DNA of 64,000 bases from a virus (taxonomy: Duplodnaviria > Caudoviricetes). A program made the translations under genes and the position numbers. Every line of letters begins with the position of its first letter. The stretch's first letter is position 1. Below are positions 29,204 through 38,687 of this stretch, one piece after another. The stretch is from IMG/VR virus record IMGVR_UViG_3300010429_001449. One strand, written 5' to 3'. A model generated the notes under the pieces. The model was not told the origin of the DNA. It saw only the letters and a list, made by a program, of their open reading frames with translations, and did no database searches.

Positions 29204-30405
29204 GCTGGCAACCTGTAAAGGTACTGACCCTCTGAAGTTCTAACGGGGGCTTGAGAGAACGAGACCTCGTAAACATCATTGTTAGCCAAACCGAAGATTC
29301 GCCCATTGTGACGAAGCAGATTCTGAGTTCGACCGAGCAAGTAAGCATAGCTGCCTGCCTGCAAACTCCACAGTAAGCCGTTCTCCGATGACGCTACAGC
29401 ATCTGTGGGAAGCCCGGCCAAAGCACCCATCGTAATAATCGCTCCCTGTTCCTCTAGGAATGCCGATCTGCTCGACATGGCTACTATATTACTCGCCTGT
29501 GATACTACCTGCGTCCAGTTCATACCGTTGGATGACTTCCAGATGTCCGTCACACCGCCAAAACCTGCTGCAAGGAACCACGGGCTGTAAGAAGTACCAA
29601 AAGCAAGCCAAAGCTCAGAGCCGCGCACCAAAAGAACAGGTATCAACCTTGACGGGAACTGCGCCGTTGTCACAAGAGTCCATGCGGCAGGATCAGTTGC
29701 TGAATAAACTGCGGAGGTTATTCCTGCTGTCCCTCTCCATCCGCCAACGAACCAGTACTTTCCGTCGAATTGGACGATATTCGACATCGCCCCGCGCCCG
29801 CCACCTCCGGGGGAAAAGCCGCCGTCAGCCGCCTCTTGCACCCACACAGCGCCGGGAAGGAACGGGTTGCTCAGAGACCACACGTCGGCACGATTACCCA
29901 ACCCAGTGAGTAAACCGGAGCCTCCGCCGATCACGTAGAGCTTGTTGTTGTGAACTAGGGAGACGTGATAAGAACGAGCGGACCACGGAGCTATGCCGTA
30001 CTGCGCCCAAGTCGTAGGACGACCTTGTGCATCAGGCACAGAAAACCACACAACGTTAGATGAACTTGGGAAATTGCCTCCACATACCCAATAATGCCCT
30101 TCCCAGAAATCGAACGTATAGCCCGCCCGATTGTTGAACAGGCCGGGTGTGAGCGGCGTAATGCTTGCAGCGTTAGGCAGCGTGACAGGCACGTACCCCG
30201 CGTCTTCAAGAACCGTGTCGGGATACGTGTTGGTACGAACATAAACGCCGCCGCTTCTCCCGCCGCCGCCGGAGAGCGTTTCCAACGATACGAATGCACG
30301 CTCAACACGAAGCTTCTCGTCGGCATAATCAGCCAAAAGGCTGACAGAGTAACCGGCGTCTCCGGGTTGATAATACTGTGATCTGCGCGGTAGAACCGGA
30401 GTCAC
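29200..30405 (-). CDS. Kelch-repeat beta-propeller protein
   Basis: APWSARSYH...KLYVIGG...DVWS units. Confidence 0.85.
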   Translation of the reverse strand: MTPVLPRRSQYYQPGDAGYSVSLLADYADEKLRVERAFVSLETLSGGGGRSGGVYVRTNTYPDTVLEDAGYVPVTLPNAASITPLTPGLFNNRAGYTFDFWEGHYWVCGGNFPSSSNVVWFSVPDAQGRPTTWAQYGIAPWSARSYHVSLVHNNKLYVIGGGSGLLTGLGNRADVWSLSNPFLPGAVWVQEAADGGFSPGGGGRGAMSNIVQFDGKYWFVGGWRGTAGITSAVYSATDPAAWTLVTTAQFPSRLIPVLLVRGSELWLAFGTSYSPWFLAAGFGGVTDIWKSSNGMNWTQVVSQASNIVAMSSRSAFLEEQGAIITMGALAGLPTDAVASSENGLLWSLQAGSYAYLLGRTQNLLRHNGRIFGLANNDVYEVSFSQAPVRTSEGQYLYRLPA

Positions 30406-30434
30406 CGCAGTCCTCCTTTGTTGCGGGAAAATTG

Positions 30435-30478
30435 CCTTCTACGCGGCGGTCACGAGTGTAACACGCCGCGTAGAAAGG
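30435..30478 (-). terminator. Long intergenic hairpin (terminator-like or processing site)
   Basis: TTCTACGCGGCG...CGCCGCGTAGAA stem; weak U tail. Confidence 0.5.
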
Positions 30479-30499
30479 TATCCACATCAACAAAAAGAA

Positions 30500-30742
30500 C
30501 TACGGGCCATCCTTGCGGTCAAGTCTGATTGCGGTGCGTCCGCCTGCAAGAGCCGCCTTGAAGTTGGCGAAGGCGGCAAGTTGCGAAGCCGCATAAATCT
30601 TGTCAATTTCCTCAATCAGAGCAACGACGCAATCCACCGTGCAGTGCAAGTCGGCTCCGCCCTTCGCAAAGTCCGGGCGGATTACGACTGTCTGACCATC
30701 ATTCAGCTTTTTTGGGTCGGAACCCAAGGTAGCGCCTGCCAT
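30500..30742 (-). CDS. Hypothetical protein
   Basis: AAGGAG RBS. Confidence 0.6.
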   Translation of the reverse strand: MAGATLGSDPKKLNDGQTVVIRPDFAKGGADLHCTVDCVVALIEEIDKIYAASQLAAFANFKAALAGGRTAIRLDRKDGP

Positions 30743-30810
30743 CGTCTATCTCCTTGTTTACAAAGGGAGTATGTGTGTGTGCAAACAGCGCGTGACGTTC
30801 CGCAGCTTGC

Positions 30811-31164
30811 TTACGGAACAACAGCCAGCTTGATCATGTCAGCGGCGGTCAGAACGTACGTGGCCGCGCCGGGATTGACCGTGAGCGTTCCGTCGCCGTT
30901 GAAGACCAACTGAGCGTCGGCCTTCACGTCAACCCACAGACCGCTGCCAGGAGCCGTCTCGCGCAGGATATTCATGAGGACCGGCCCGGTGGGGTCTGCG
31001 CCATAAGTCGTGTCGACTGTGACGCTGCCCGCGATCACGTCGGCTGCCGTGACCTCGTGAACAATCATTCCCTTGCCGATTCCGTCCCGAAGAGTCTTGA
31101 CGGCGGCGAACACGTCCCTGTGATCGGTTGCAACGATCTTTTCAAACCAAAGCAAAGCGTTCAT
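30811..31164 (-). CDS. Hypothetical beta-rich protein, possibly virion
   Basis: GAGGAG RBS; strongly C/G-ending codons, as in the capsid gene. Confidence 0.6.
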   Translation of the reverse strand: MNALLWFEKIVATDHRDVFAAVKTLRDGIGKGMIVHEVTAADVIAGSVTVDTTYGADPTGPVLMNILRETAPGSGLWVDVKADAQLVFNGDGTLTVNPGAATYVLTAADMIKLAVVP

Positions 31165-31181
31165 CTGAAACTCCTCTTTTC

Positions 31182-31790
31182 TCAGGAGACTCGACTTTTC
31201 CGCGTGTGAACTTCAGTCCACAGGCGGCTTCCGTTCAAAGCCAAAAGACGCTGCCGAAGCTCTTCGGCTGAACAACCTTCCGCGTCTTCCAAAATGTCGT
31301 CCAGAAGCTCGGCACACGTGCCGCTTTTTCTTATCATACCAAAGCGACCCGCGTTGTCCAGTCCAAATTCTGCAACAACCTCTTGTCTGAGCGTATTTGA
31401 GTTCAGGCGTTTCACGAGAATCCGTTGATCCTCGCCGAACTCGTTGCGCCGACGGAGGCGTTCGACCTCAGAAACCATATTAGACCAGCTTCCGTCGAAG
31501 TTCAAGGCCCTGTCGTCAATTAAAACGTCATAATAGATTTTTGGCGAATCGGAACCTTTGCCGGGGAGATTCTGGTTTATAGCATCGAAAGGAATACCCT
31601 CCGAGCGCAGTAATTCGGCTGTGGCCTCTTCGTCATCACGGACAGTGAATATCAAAATGCGCCAGCCGCGCTTCCGAAGCTCCAACATGGCTTCCTTGAC
31701 GCCGGGCAGAAAGCGGTTATCGGCGTCTACCATTGTGCCGTCTACATCAACGGCGAGAATGGGCGGATCAACTTGTCGACCATTTGCCAT
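31182..31790 (-). CDS. HAD-superfamily phosphatase with a C-terminal extension
   Basis: DVDGT (motif I), FTVR (II), K (III), IDDRA (IV). Confidence 0.8.
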   Translation of the reverse strand: MANGRQVDPPILAVDVDGTMVDADNRFLPGVKEAMLELRKRGWRILIFTVRDDEEATAELLRSEGIPFDAINQNLPGKGSDSPKIYYDVLIDDRALNFDGSWSNMVSEVERLRRRNEFGEDQRILVKRLNSNTLRQEVVAEFGLDNAGRFGMIRKSGTCAELLDDILEDAEGCSAEELRQRLLALNGSRLWTEVHTRKSRVS

Positions 31791-32637
31791 CGTTTATATC
31801 CCACACAGCTTTCTGCTGAAGCTCATTCAGACGTGTAACAACACCTTCAATCTCGCCTGAGCGGAAACCAAATGGATGCAAAGTTACGGCTATCATGTTG
31901 GGGTCAATCGCAGCAAGCATATCTCGAACGTAGGGATGTATCGGCTTATCCCTGAACCGTCTCCCAATGTTACACTTAAGGTAGTCGCGGATGTCGTCCT
32001 TTACAAAGGTGTAACCGTTGTCTATGGCATACACCCTGTGAAAACTGTCCATGATGAAATTGCCAGAGTGCCGATCCATAGCCCCCGTAATAAAATCGAA
32101 AGCACAAAGCAAGTGCAGCCACGGATTGTCGTAGTCCTCGCGGAACTCGTACCCCGACTCTGCCCAGTCAACGGCAAGAGGCGAGAGCACCCACGCCTGG
32201 AGAGAACCGAAGCCGAGACCTAAAACTTCTCGCCCAACAGTCGGAGGAACAAGATTGAAACCCAAGGCGCGATCAAGGGCGTAGGCGGCAAGCTCTCGTT
32301 CGGGAGATGTGACGCGACTGTCGGTACATTCACGGTAGTAGGACGTTTCTTCTATAGAACGCACGGTCTTGAACACGGCGCATTGCGTTGTAACAACACC
32401 TACCTTGTTACCGCCGTTGAAGATTACTTTCCACGGTCTGTGGATTCCGCGCCCTATGATATCCAGTTCGTCTATCGGAGCGGTACGGAGAAAACGACAC
32501 ATATCGGCGTGATCGAGCGGGGTTAGTGGTTTACGGCGATTGCTCCACTCCGCGCCAATATCTTTCGTCTTCCGGAGAAGCGCGTCTGTTGTTCCCCGGA
32601 GCATAAGCTGAAACGTGTTGCTCAGCGTTGTTCGCAT
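31768..32637 (-). CDS. PI3/PI4-kinase-like (HipA-related fold) kinase
   Basis: AVFK, RELAAY, LVPPTV.R, GSLQAWV, DRHSGN, AIDNG. Confidence 0.85.
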   Translation of the reverse strand: MRTTLSNTFQLMLRGTTDALLRKTKDIGAEWSNRRKPLTPLDHADMCRFLRTAPIDELDIIGRGIHRPWKVIFNGGNKVGVVTTQCAVFKTVRSIEETSYYRECTDSRVTSPERELAAYALDRALGFNLVPPTVGREVLGLGFGSLQAWVLSPLAVDWAESGYEFREDYDNPWLHLLCAFDFITGAMDRHSGNFIMDSFHRVYAIDNGYTFVKDDIRDYLKCNIGRRFRDKPIHPYVRDMLAAIDPNMIAVTLHPFGFRSGEIEGVVTRLNELQQKAVWDINDGKWSTS

Positions 32638-32643
32638 GGGAAC

Positions 32644-33372
32644 TCAGTACTGCTCGGTGCCGTATGGCTGCCGTTCCTCTAGTAATTCGTACGAATGGGT
32701 GTGTCCTTCTGTCTCGTCTGTAGCCCCGACTTTGTTGATGAAGTGGGCGTGATTTCCGTAGAAGTCCGTGATTCCCCGCAAGACATTGCGTTCTTTGTCA
32801 ACGATAAGGACACACTTGTGGCTGTGTTCCGGCGATTTGAGTCCGGACGACATCGAACTCTTGGCCTCAAGCCTCTTCTCCCCAGCTTGAGCGTTAGGAA
32901 CCAATCCCCAGAAATTGAGAGGGACTACTTCAGGATGCGTAGCCACGCCCTCAAAGACAGTCTCCTGTCTTGTGTTCCCAACGTCGGCGTCAAGCGTCGG
33001 CTGCGCGTGCGCGGGCGGAGCCAGCGTCTGCTCATCGGAAGTCTTTGCCAATTCCTCGGCATCAACAGCAATGGCCCGCTTGAACAACACAAGGTTGCCC
33101 ATCGCGCTGACAAGCTCCCATCCTTCCTGCCCCGCCTGATCCATCGCCTTGGCGAGATCAATAGGATGAAAGCTTGTCAACGAAACGGCCTTGTGCTCAA
33201 ACGTCTTGCCTAGACCCGTAACGGCATTGGCGGCGGCAAAGGCACGCCCTTCATCACCAGTGCGCTTGTGCGTGTTGTTCCACACATGCGCCCACTGCCT
33301 CTGCTTTTTGTCCGACAACCCGCTCTTTACCCGTTCCGGCAAACTACTCGTGTCTTTCGGGTCGTATGGCAT
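32644..33372 (-). CDS. ChaB-domain protein with a His-rich C-terminal domain
   Basis: LPERVK...QRQW..VWN...DEGRAFAAA; GWELVS; HSH/HAH/HTH. Confidence 0.75.
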   Translation of the reverse strand: MPYDPKDTSSLPERVKSGLSDKKQRQWAHVWNNTHKRTGDEGRAFAAANAVTGLGKTFEHKAVSLTSFHPIDLAKAMDQAGQEGWELVSAMGNLVLFKRAIAVDAEELAKTSDEQTLAPPAHAQPTLDADVGNTRQETVFEGVATHPEVVPLNFWGLVPNAQAGEKRLEAKSSMSSGLKSPEHSHKCVLIVDKERNVLRGITDFYGNHAHFINKVGATDETEGHTHSYELLEERQPYGTEQY

Positions 33373-33398
33373 CTCAAAACTCCTACTTCCTTAAGCAC

Positions 33399-33564
33399 TT
33401 GTCCAGTTTTCCCGTTTTGGCTGTTTGCCACAACCATAAGCAGAGCTTCGACTTACAGAAAAAACAGCTAGGAGAAAACTGGACAACTTTCCAACACGTC
33501 GCATTACAGAATGTCGTATGTTGTTTGACACCAACGACTTGTGACTTCTTGTTTGTCCAGTTTT
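33399..33564. repeat. Three exact 12-bp TTGTCCAGTTTT copies (direct, inverted, direct)
   Basis: At 33399-33410, 33475-33486 (inverted) and 33553-33564, in an AT-rich gap. Confidence 0.8.
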
Positions 33565-33601
33565 ATCACGTTTTTGCCGTAAGAGGTTTGCACTACTACA
33601 G

Positions 33602-34003
33602 TTACGGAATCATCGGGCGCGTTGGCGACGCGGTGATAGCGTCGGGATTTACCTGTGTGCTTGCCTTCGGCTTGGGGTCTTGCGGATGCGCCCAAGCACG
33701 AATCTGACCAGGGGCCAGACGAACCTGTCCGCCTGTCCTGGCTACCGGGCCAACTTCAGAAGGTCCGATAGAGGCGAGGCCGGTTTGGATCGCAACAGCC
33801 GTGGGAATCATGTTTTCGTTGCCGCTGCGGGCAAACGTTCCCATGCCTCTCATTGCGGAGGCGACGCCGGAACCGGCTTTCCCGGCGTCGGGAAGCGACT
33901 CGTGCTTTTCGGCCTTCTGGATGTCACCAGAACGAGCACGCAAGGACTTTGCAACACGGCCTTGACCAGAACGAGCGTAGCTGCTTTTGCTATTCATCGT
34001 CAT
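33602..34003 (-). CDS. Hypothetical disordered protein
   Basis: Ala/Gly/Ser-rich ORF overlapping the upstream gene. Confidence 0.55.
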   Translation of the reverse strand: MTMNSKSSYARSGQGRVAKSLRARSGDIQKAEKHESLPDAGKAGSGVASAMRGMGTFARSGNENMIPTAVAIQTGLASIGPSEVGPVARTGGQVRLAPGQIRAWAHPQDPKPKASTQVNPDAITASPTRPMIP

Positions 34004-34370
34004 CTCCCGAATCTACAGGGACAAACTTGAAGCCGGGACATTGCGGAACGGGCCGCGAAGGAAAGTCCCGGCAAATTTGAGGCTGATTGTCGTGAATAAG
34101 GCACGTTGCCTTACCATCCTCATCGAACACTAGGAATTTGCAAGGGGCGTCGATACCAAACTCGACGCTCTTGTCGTCTTCCTTCACGAAAGCGCGGGGT
34201 CGTAATGACCACCACCTAAGCAAGTCTCTGATTGCCTCTACGTCGCCGCCAGCTACGCTGCACTTGTCGAAGCTCATACGCGCCGTAACACAACACGTGC
34301 CGCATCTGCGACACTCTCCGACGCGCTTTAGCTCAAGCTGTGGCGCAACTTGTGTGGCTTCGTTCGGCAT
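33990..34370 (-). CDS. YkgJ-family (CxxCxxCC) cysteine-cluster protein
   Basis: CRRCGTCC...CKFL...CLIH..QP.ICRDFP. Confidence 0.85.
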   Translation of the reverse strand: MPNEATQVAPQLELKRVGECRRCGTCCVTARMSFDKCSVAGGDVEAIRDLLRWWSLRPRAFVKEDDKSVEFGIDAPCKFLVFDEDGKATCLIHDNQPQICRDFPSRPVPQCPGFKFVPVDSGDDDE

Positions 34371-34942
34371 CAGTAATAAACCCTGCTCTCGCCGGTCGGC
34401 AGCGCAGCAGGCCCGTCAAGACGCATTACGAACGAGTAATCTTTCAGAAGAACCGGATACGTGCCGTTCTGATCTTCCAGACCGAGCGCGTACACCCGCT
34501 TTTCTTCGAGAGTTGCTGGTTCTTCGGAGGGCCAGCGGTCAAAGGCCATTGGCCCGCACGAAATGCGACATTTGATCATGACTATCTTGTTGACCTTGCC
34601 GTTACGAGGGCCAAGATCAAGCATGGCTCCGTGAACACCCAACGGAACCCAATTAACGACCTGCACGCGGTCGCCAACGCGCAGCTTTCCGGGACGAATG
34701 TAACCGGGGGGTATCTCCGGTAGACCGTGATTCATCCATACACAGCCCGTCCGTTTAGATACCACATCGGCACTTCCGTTCCGCAGAGAGGTTGCCAACA
34801 GCCGCTGCAAGTCGTCTGTAACAGCGTAACCGCCAAGAAGAAGCTGCTCGCGGGCTTTGGCCATAAATGGATCGTGCGCTTGACCCAGACCTAAGCCTTT
34901 CAACAACCGATCTTCCGTTGCTTTGGCAAGGGGATGATTCAC
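34370..34942 (-). CDS. Hypothetical protein
   Basis: Its stop overlaps the YkgJ start (TGATG). Confidence 0.55.
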   Translation of the reverse strand: MNHPLAKATEDRLLKGLGLGQAHDPFMAKAREQLLLGGYAVTDDLQRLLATSLRNGSADVVSKRTGCVWMNHGLPEIPPGYIRPGKLRVGDRVQVVNWVPLGVHGAMLDLGPRNGKVNKIVMIKCRISCGPMAFDRWPSEEPATLEEKRVYALGLEDQNGTYPVLLKDYSFVMRLDGPAALPTGESRVYY

Positions 34943-34947
34943 TTGCG

Positions 34948-35151
34948 TTACTCTCTGATTTTTTGACTGCCCGCGATGCGTAGTCCGAGAGTGTCTTCCT
35001 CTCGACTCCTGCGCATGTCCGGATCGCCTACGACCTTCTTCTCCGGGAACAACTTCGTGACCTGCGTGCCTCTCACAGTGAACAGCTTGGCGAGATCACG
35101 CTTGACATCACGGCTGTTTCCTTGTCCGAAGTCTTCTGTCTTGTGCGACAT
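34948..35151 (-). CDS. Small hypothetical protein
   Basis: AAGGAG RBS and TGATG overlap at 35151. Confidence 0.5.
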   Translation of the reverse strand: MSHKTEDFGQGNSRDVKRDLAKLFTVRGTQVTKLFPEKKVVGDPDMRRSREEDTLGLRIAGSQKIRE

Positions 35152-36197
35152 CAGTGGTCTCCTTTTACTTCCTCGTCCCACCTGTCAGCGATTTGCTTGA
35201 CACGGCGGATTAGTTCCTTAACGGCTTCCAGGTCTTCGGAAGAGACGGCTATTTCAGCCGCCTTTCCTTCGGGAACGCCGCTTGTCTTGGTCACAGCCTT
35301 CTCGGCCACGGCTACTTCCAGAATACCCGCAGCCCTGCGGATGTTGGCTATGTCGCGTGGGGATACGAGGCGCGGAGACGACAAAACCTTGGCCGCTGTA
35401 ACAGGGTTGGCACTCCAACGGAAACGATGCGCGTGAGAATGCCCGCCGATGATGGAAGCGGAAGGGTCTGTCATACCATCAATGCTGCCCGCCGCGTAAG
35501 GAATCCGAACAACATGCTGGTGATTCTTGGCTACACTGGTCCGACACTTCAACATCGGGCCGTCGGCGTCGGTAGTAAGAGCCGCATCAATCTTGTGGAC
35601 GTGGCTATCCCCGTCCGCCTGGTCAGTGTTGCCTGTCACCTGAGAGGCGGGGCCGCTGGCAAGCGTGCCATAAGGTCCAGCCATCTCTGTTCCCTGCGCA
35701 GGATTTAGTAGACCACCGCCGAGCAGGGAACCGGTAGTGATCTGTTTTTCAAAAGGGAGGCCGATCTCCACGATTACGCCCTTGTCGGCGCAAACAGCCT
35801 TGTTGGTGTTCGGCTGAACCGGAACCCCTTTGAATTCGTAGGCAAAGAAATGCTCGACGATTCCGTGCGTCTTGGGCAGCCCCTCAACGCCGTCAATCCA
35901 TTTCCTGCAGTCCTCAACGTCCTTCCAGACGTTCTTTGAGAACCAAATCTTGTTAACTGCGATGTCGGCGACAGCATTGTGTCGCTGCGCCTCGCCAAGA
36001 GCACCTACGAAGTCGTTGCCATCGAAATCGACTGCTCGAACCGCCTTCATAACCTCGCCACACTGAGGGCAACCCTTCTGTGCGCCCAGCATGGAAGGAA
36101 AGCCTTTGGCCATTTCGGCAGCGCAGCAATCTTTCATCTCGCGCAGAGGCTGAAGAGCCACACGCCTGCCGAGACGTTCCAGCAATCCTGTACTCAT
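35151..36197 (-). CDS. Hypothetical protein with CPQC and His-rich motifs
   Basis: GGAGG RBS before ATG at 36197; HVH/HQH/HSHAH. Confidence 0.65.
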   Translation of the reverse strand: MSTGLLERLGRRVALQPLREMKDCCAAEMAKGFPSMLGAQKGCPQCGEVMKAVRAVDFDGNDFVGALGEAQRHNAVADIAVNKIWFSKNVWKDVEDCRKWIDGVEGLPKTHGIVEHFFAYEFKGVPVQPNTNKAVCADKGVIVEIGLPFEKQITTGSLLGGGLLNPAQGTEMAGPYGTLASGPASQVTGNTDQADGDSHVHKIDAALTTDADGPMLKCRTSVAKNHQHVVRIPYAAGSIDGMTDPSASIIGGHSHAHRFRWSANPVTAAKVLSSPRLVSPRDIANIRRAAGILEVAVAEKAVTKTSGVPEGKAAEIAVSSEDLEAVKELIRRVKQIADRWDEEVKGDH

Positions 36198-36231
36198 GTG
36201 TTGACCTCCAAAAGAGTCACCTTCCGTAATC

Positions 36232-38289
36232 TTACTGCAAAAGCTTGTCCTGTCCAACTAATTTCTGAAGAAGGTTGGCAGGAATAGTTGGCGTGTTGGG
36301 AACAGGAGGCGTCCAAGACATAGGACGCGACGCCACACCGTTGGTCGGAGCCTTCATCTGCGTGGCCTTCATCAGTTTCGCCATTTGTGCCCGCATTACC
36401 GCTGCGGGCGTAGCTAAGGCGGGTATATGACTAGAATCAGCCTGCGACGGGAAGTTAGGAATGAGAGTTTCACGGTCAATGACCGGCATTCCTGACTTTT
36501 TATCGGGGCGAGCGTAGTACTTCTCAGCCGCCTCGTTCCAAGCAGCGTCCAACTCATCCTTTTCCGGAATCAAATCGGCTCGATCTACCTCACCCTCGAA
36601 AATGTCCTCGAACTTCCAATACAAACATCCGGAGAGGAGCGCGTCGGGGCCGTGGTCGTTGGCTTTCAGAATAGAACCGTCGCCGCGCCGACGATACGCC
36701 TTGAGTTGTTGGATGAGAAGTTGACAATCCTTGTTGATTTTGATGCGCCTGAACGTGAAGTATTTGGCTAGGTTCTGAATGCCGGGGGCTTTGTAGGTAC
36801 GGAAATCCACGGGTGTTATCGGAATACCGGAATTAGCCACATCTCTGACGCAGAACATATGAGAGCGGTCAGCCAGAACGCGGAATGATCCGTACTTCTC
36901 GTAGATGTCGAACAGAGATTGAACTACATAGCCGGTGCTCTGATGGTCGGCGTACAGTCCGTCGGCGACGTAGAGAAACTCGGGAAGGCGCAAGACAACC
37001 AACAGACACAGACTGTTTTCTGTCTCAGACCCCCAGTCCACGCCGACAACGGTCTCGATCACGTACTGCTTGTAGTCGGTCAGCGGGTCCACCAGGGCGT
37101 CGTCTACAAGCTCAGGAATGTAGATGGAACCTGAGACGTTCGGTCTTTCGCATTCAAATTCGACGGGGAAGACCATCGTGCCGACGTTGATTTTCTTCGC
37201 CTCGGAAATCTCATCGAATAAAGCCCATCCAGCACTTTTACGCGCCTGTCCATTGCATCCAGCCCATCCTATTTGTTGCTTTCTGCCCTTTTCGTCTGTT
37301 TCTTCGTGTCGCCGGGTAAGAAAGCACTGCCGACAGTAGAGCTTTGCTTCTTCTGAATCCGCTGTAACCGTCTCACTCAAACCGCGAGAACACGGCTGCA
37401 TTGTGTGGAAAACATTCCACTTGTACCGTTTGAAACCCTTGAGTTCGGCGTTGTCCCAAAACTCCTGGAAGACGCCGCCGGGAACGTGGAACGTAGACAG
37501 CATTACGACGATAGAATCGGTTTCGCTGAGCACCGTTTGGAGCGCGGCGCGAATCGTTTTATCGTCCGTGTCCAGCGAGTTGGCCTTGGCCTGACAGGTT
37601 TCGTCAGAAACAAGCACCGGCAAGTGTTTGCCGCGCACCTGCTTGTCTGTGGACGGAACAGCCTTGATGATTACGCCGGTCTTGAGCTTCGTTTCTTTGA
37701 CGCCCGGCTCGACAAGCAGAAGACCCTGCACAAGACCGGGGATGCAGTACCAGAAGTTCTTGGTGTAATCATAAACGACCTTCGCTTGTTCCTCGCCGCC
37801 CGCGATATCCAACGTGGACATCTGGCGATAAACAGCCAACAAGAAGATCAAGATGGACGCTGACAACGATCCCCCGCCGCCACGCGGCTTCCACAGAATA
37901 ACGCGCCTGCTGCGCAAGGACAAAATGTCCGAGATGAACTCCGCCATCGGGCGGATGCAAACGACGGGGCGCATCGTGGTTCCCTTGGGAACCTTGAGCA
38001 TCTTTTCGATAAAGGTCTTTACGGCTGTAATCTGCCGCTCTCGATACTCTTCGTCCGTCTCCTCTCCGATATCATCGCGCTCCCATCCATCCCCTTCGTA
38101 TGCGGGATCAGCGAAGGCGTCCGCGCCGATAAACCTGCCTTGAGCCTTTCCTCGCGGGAAAAGCAAATCGGGCATCCCGTAGTAACCAGGATGCCCGATT
38201 AAGAGTTTCACACGAACCTGTTGCTTTACAAGGAGCAGGTCTCTGACTAGGTTGCTGCGTTCGTCTTTGAATCGTCTGATTCGAGGCAT
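36232..38289 (-). CDS. terL: Terminase large subunit
   Basis: Deviant Walker A KPRGGGGS, EQAKVV, VRG, Walker B VLVSDE, LSTF, nuclease motifs VGVDWG and NDHGPDAL. Confidence 0.85.
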   Translation of the reverse strand: MPRIRRFKDERSNLVRDLLLVKQQVRVKLLIGHPGYYGMPDLLFPRGKAQGRFIGADAFADPAYEGDGWERDDIGEETDEEYRERQITAVKTFIEKMLKVPKGTTMRPVVCIRPMAEFISDILSLRSRRVILWKPRGGGGSLSASILIFLLAVYRQMSTLDIAGGEEQAKVVYDYTKNFWYCIPGLVQGLLLVEPGVKETKLKTGVIIKAVPSTDKQVRGKHLPVLVSDETCQAKANSLDTDDKTIRAALQTVLSETDSIVVMLSTFHVPGGVFQEFWDNAELKGFKRYKWNVFHTMQPCSRGLSETVTADSEEAKLYCRQCFLTRRHEETDEKGRKQQIGWAGCNGQARKSAGWALFDEISEAKKINVGTMVFPVEFECERPNVSGSIYIPELVDDALVDPLTDYKQYVIETVVGVDWGSETENSLCLLVVLRLPEFLYVADGLYADHQSTGYVVQSLFDIYEKYGSFRVLADRSHMFCVRDVANSGIPITPVDFRTYKAPGIQNLAKYFTFRRIKINKDCQLLIQQLKAYRRRGDGSILKANDHGPDALLSGCLYWKFEDIFEGEVDRADLIPEKDELDAAWNEAAEKYYARPDKKSGMPVIDRETLIPNFPSQADSSHIPALATPAAVMRAQMAKLMKATQMKAPTNGVASRPMSWTPPVPNTPTIPANLLQKLVGQDKLLQ

Positions 38290-38301
38290 AGGAACATGCC
38301 G

Positions 38302-38676
38302 TTAGTCGACCTTCTCCTTGGCGGCCCATACAGACTCGTCAAGGTCTTTTATCGCTTTCTTTAGGTCAACCGCCGACTCTCCGCGTTCGAGAGCTTCTAC
38401 AGCCGCCGGAATCGGGACTTTGAGAAGGCGCATAGCCACTTCCAGCGCGTTTTTCTGCGCCCTTACGCCCTCCAAGGCCAATTCCAAGTTTGCCTTCACG
38501 TCGGGCGGAATACCTTCCTGCTTGAGCGCGAATTCCAAGGCATTTTCGACGCCACGGCTCACAATGTAACTACGTTGGAGCACGATCTTGGCGACATCCG
38601 GAATGTCACAGCCCGCAACAAGCAGAAGCAGGAAACACAGCGGAATCAACACGTAACGTTGCTTCAATCTGTTCAT
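38302..38676 (-). CDS. Predicted lipoprotein
   Basis: GAGGAG RBS; MNRLKQRYVLIPLCFLLLLVAG-C lipobox. Confidence 0.7.
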   Translation of the reverse strand: MNRLKQRYVLIPLCFLLLLVAGCDIPDVAKIVLQRSYIVSRGVENALEFALKQEGIPPDVKANLELALEGVRAQKNALEVAMRLLKVPIPAAVEALERGESAVDLKKAIKDLDESVWAAKEKVD

Positions 38677-38687
38677 TGCGTCGCTCC

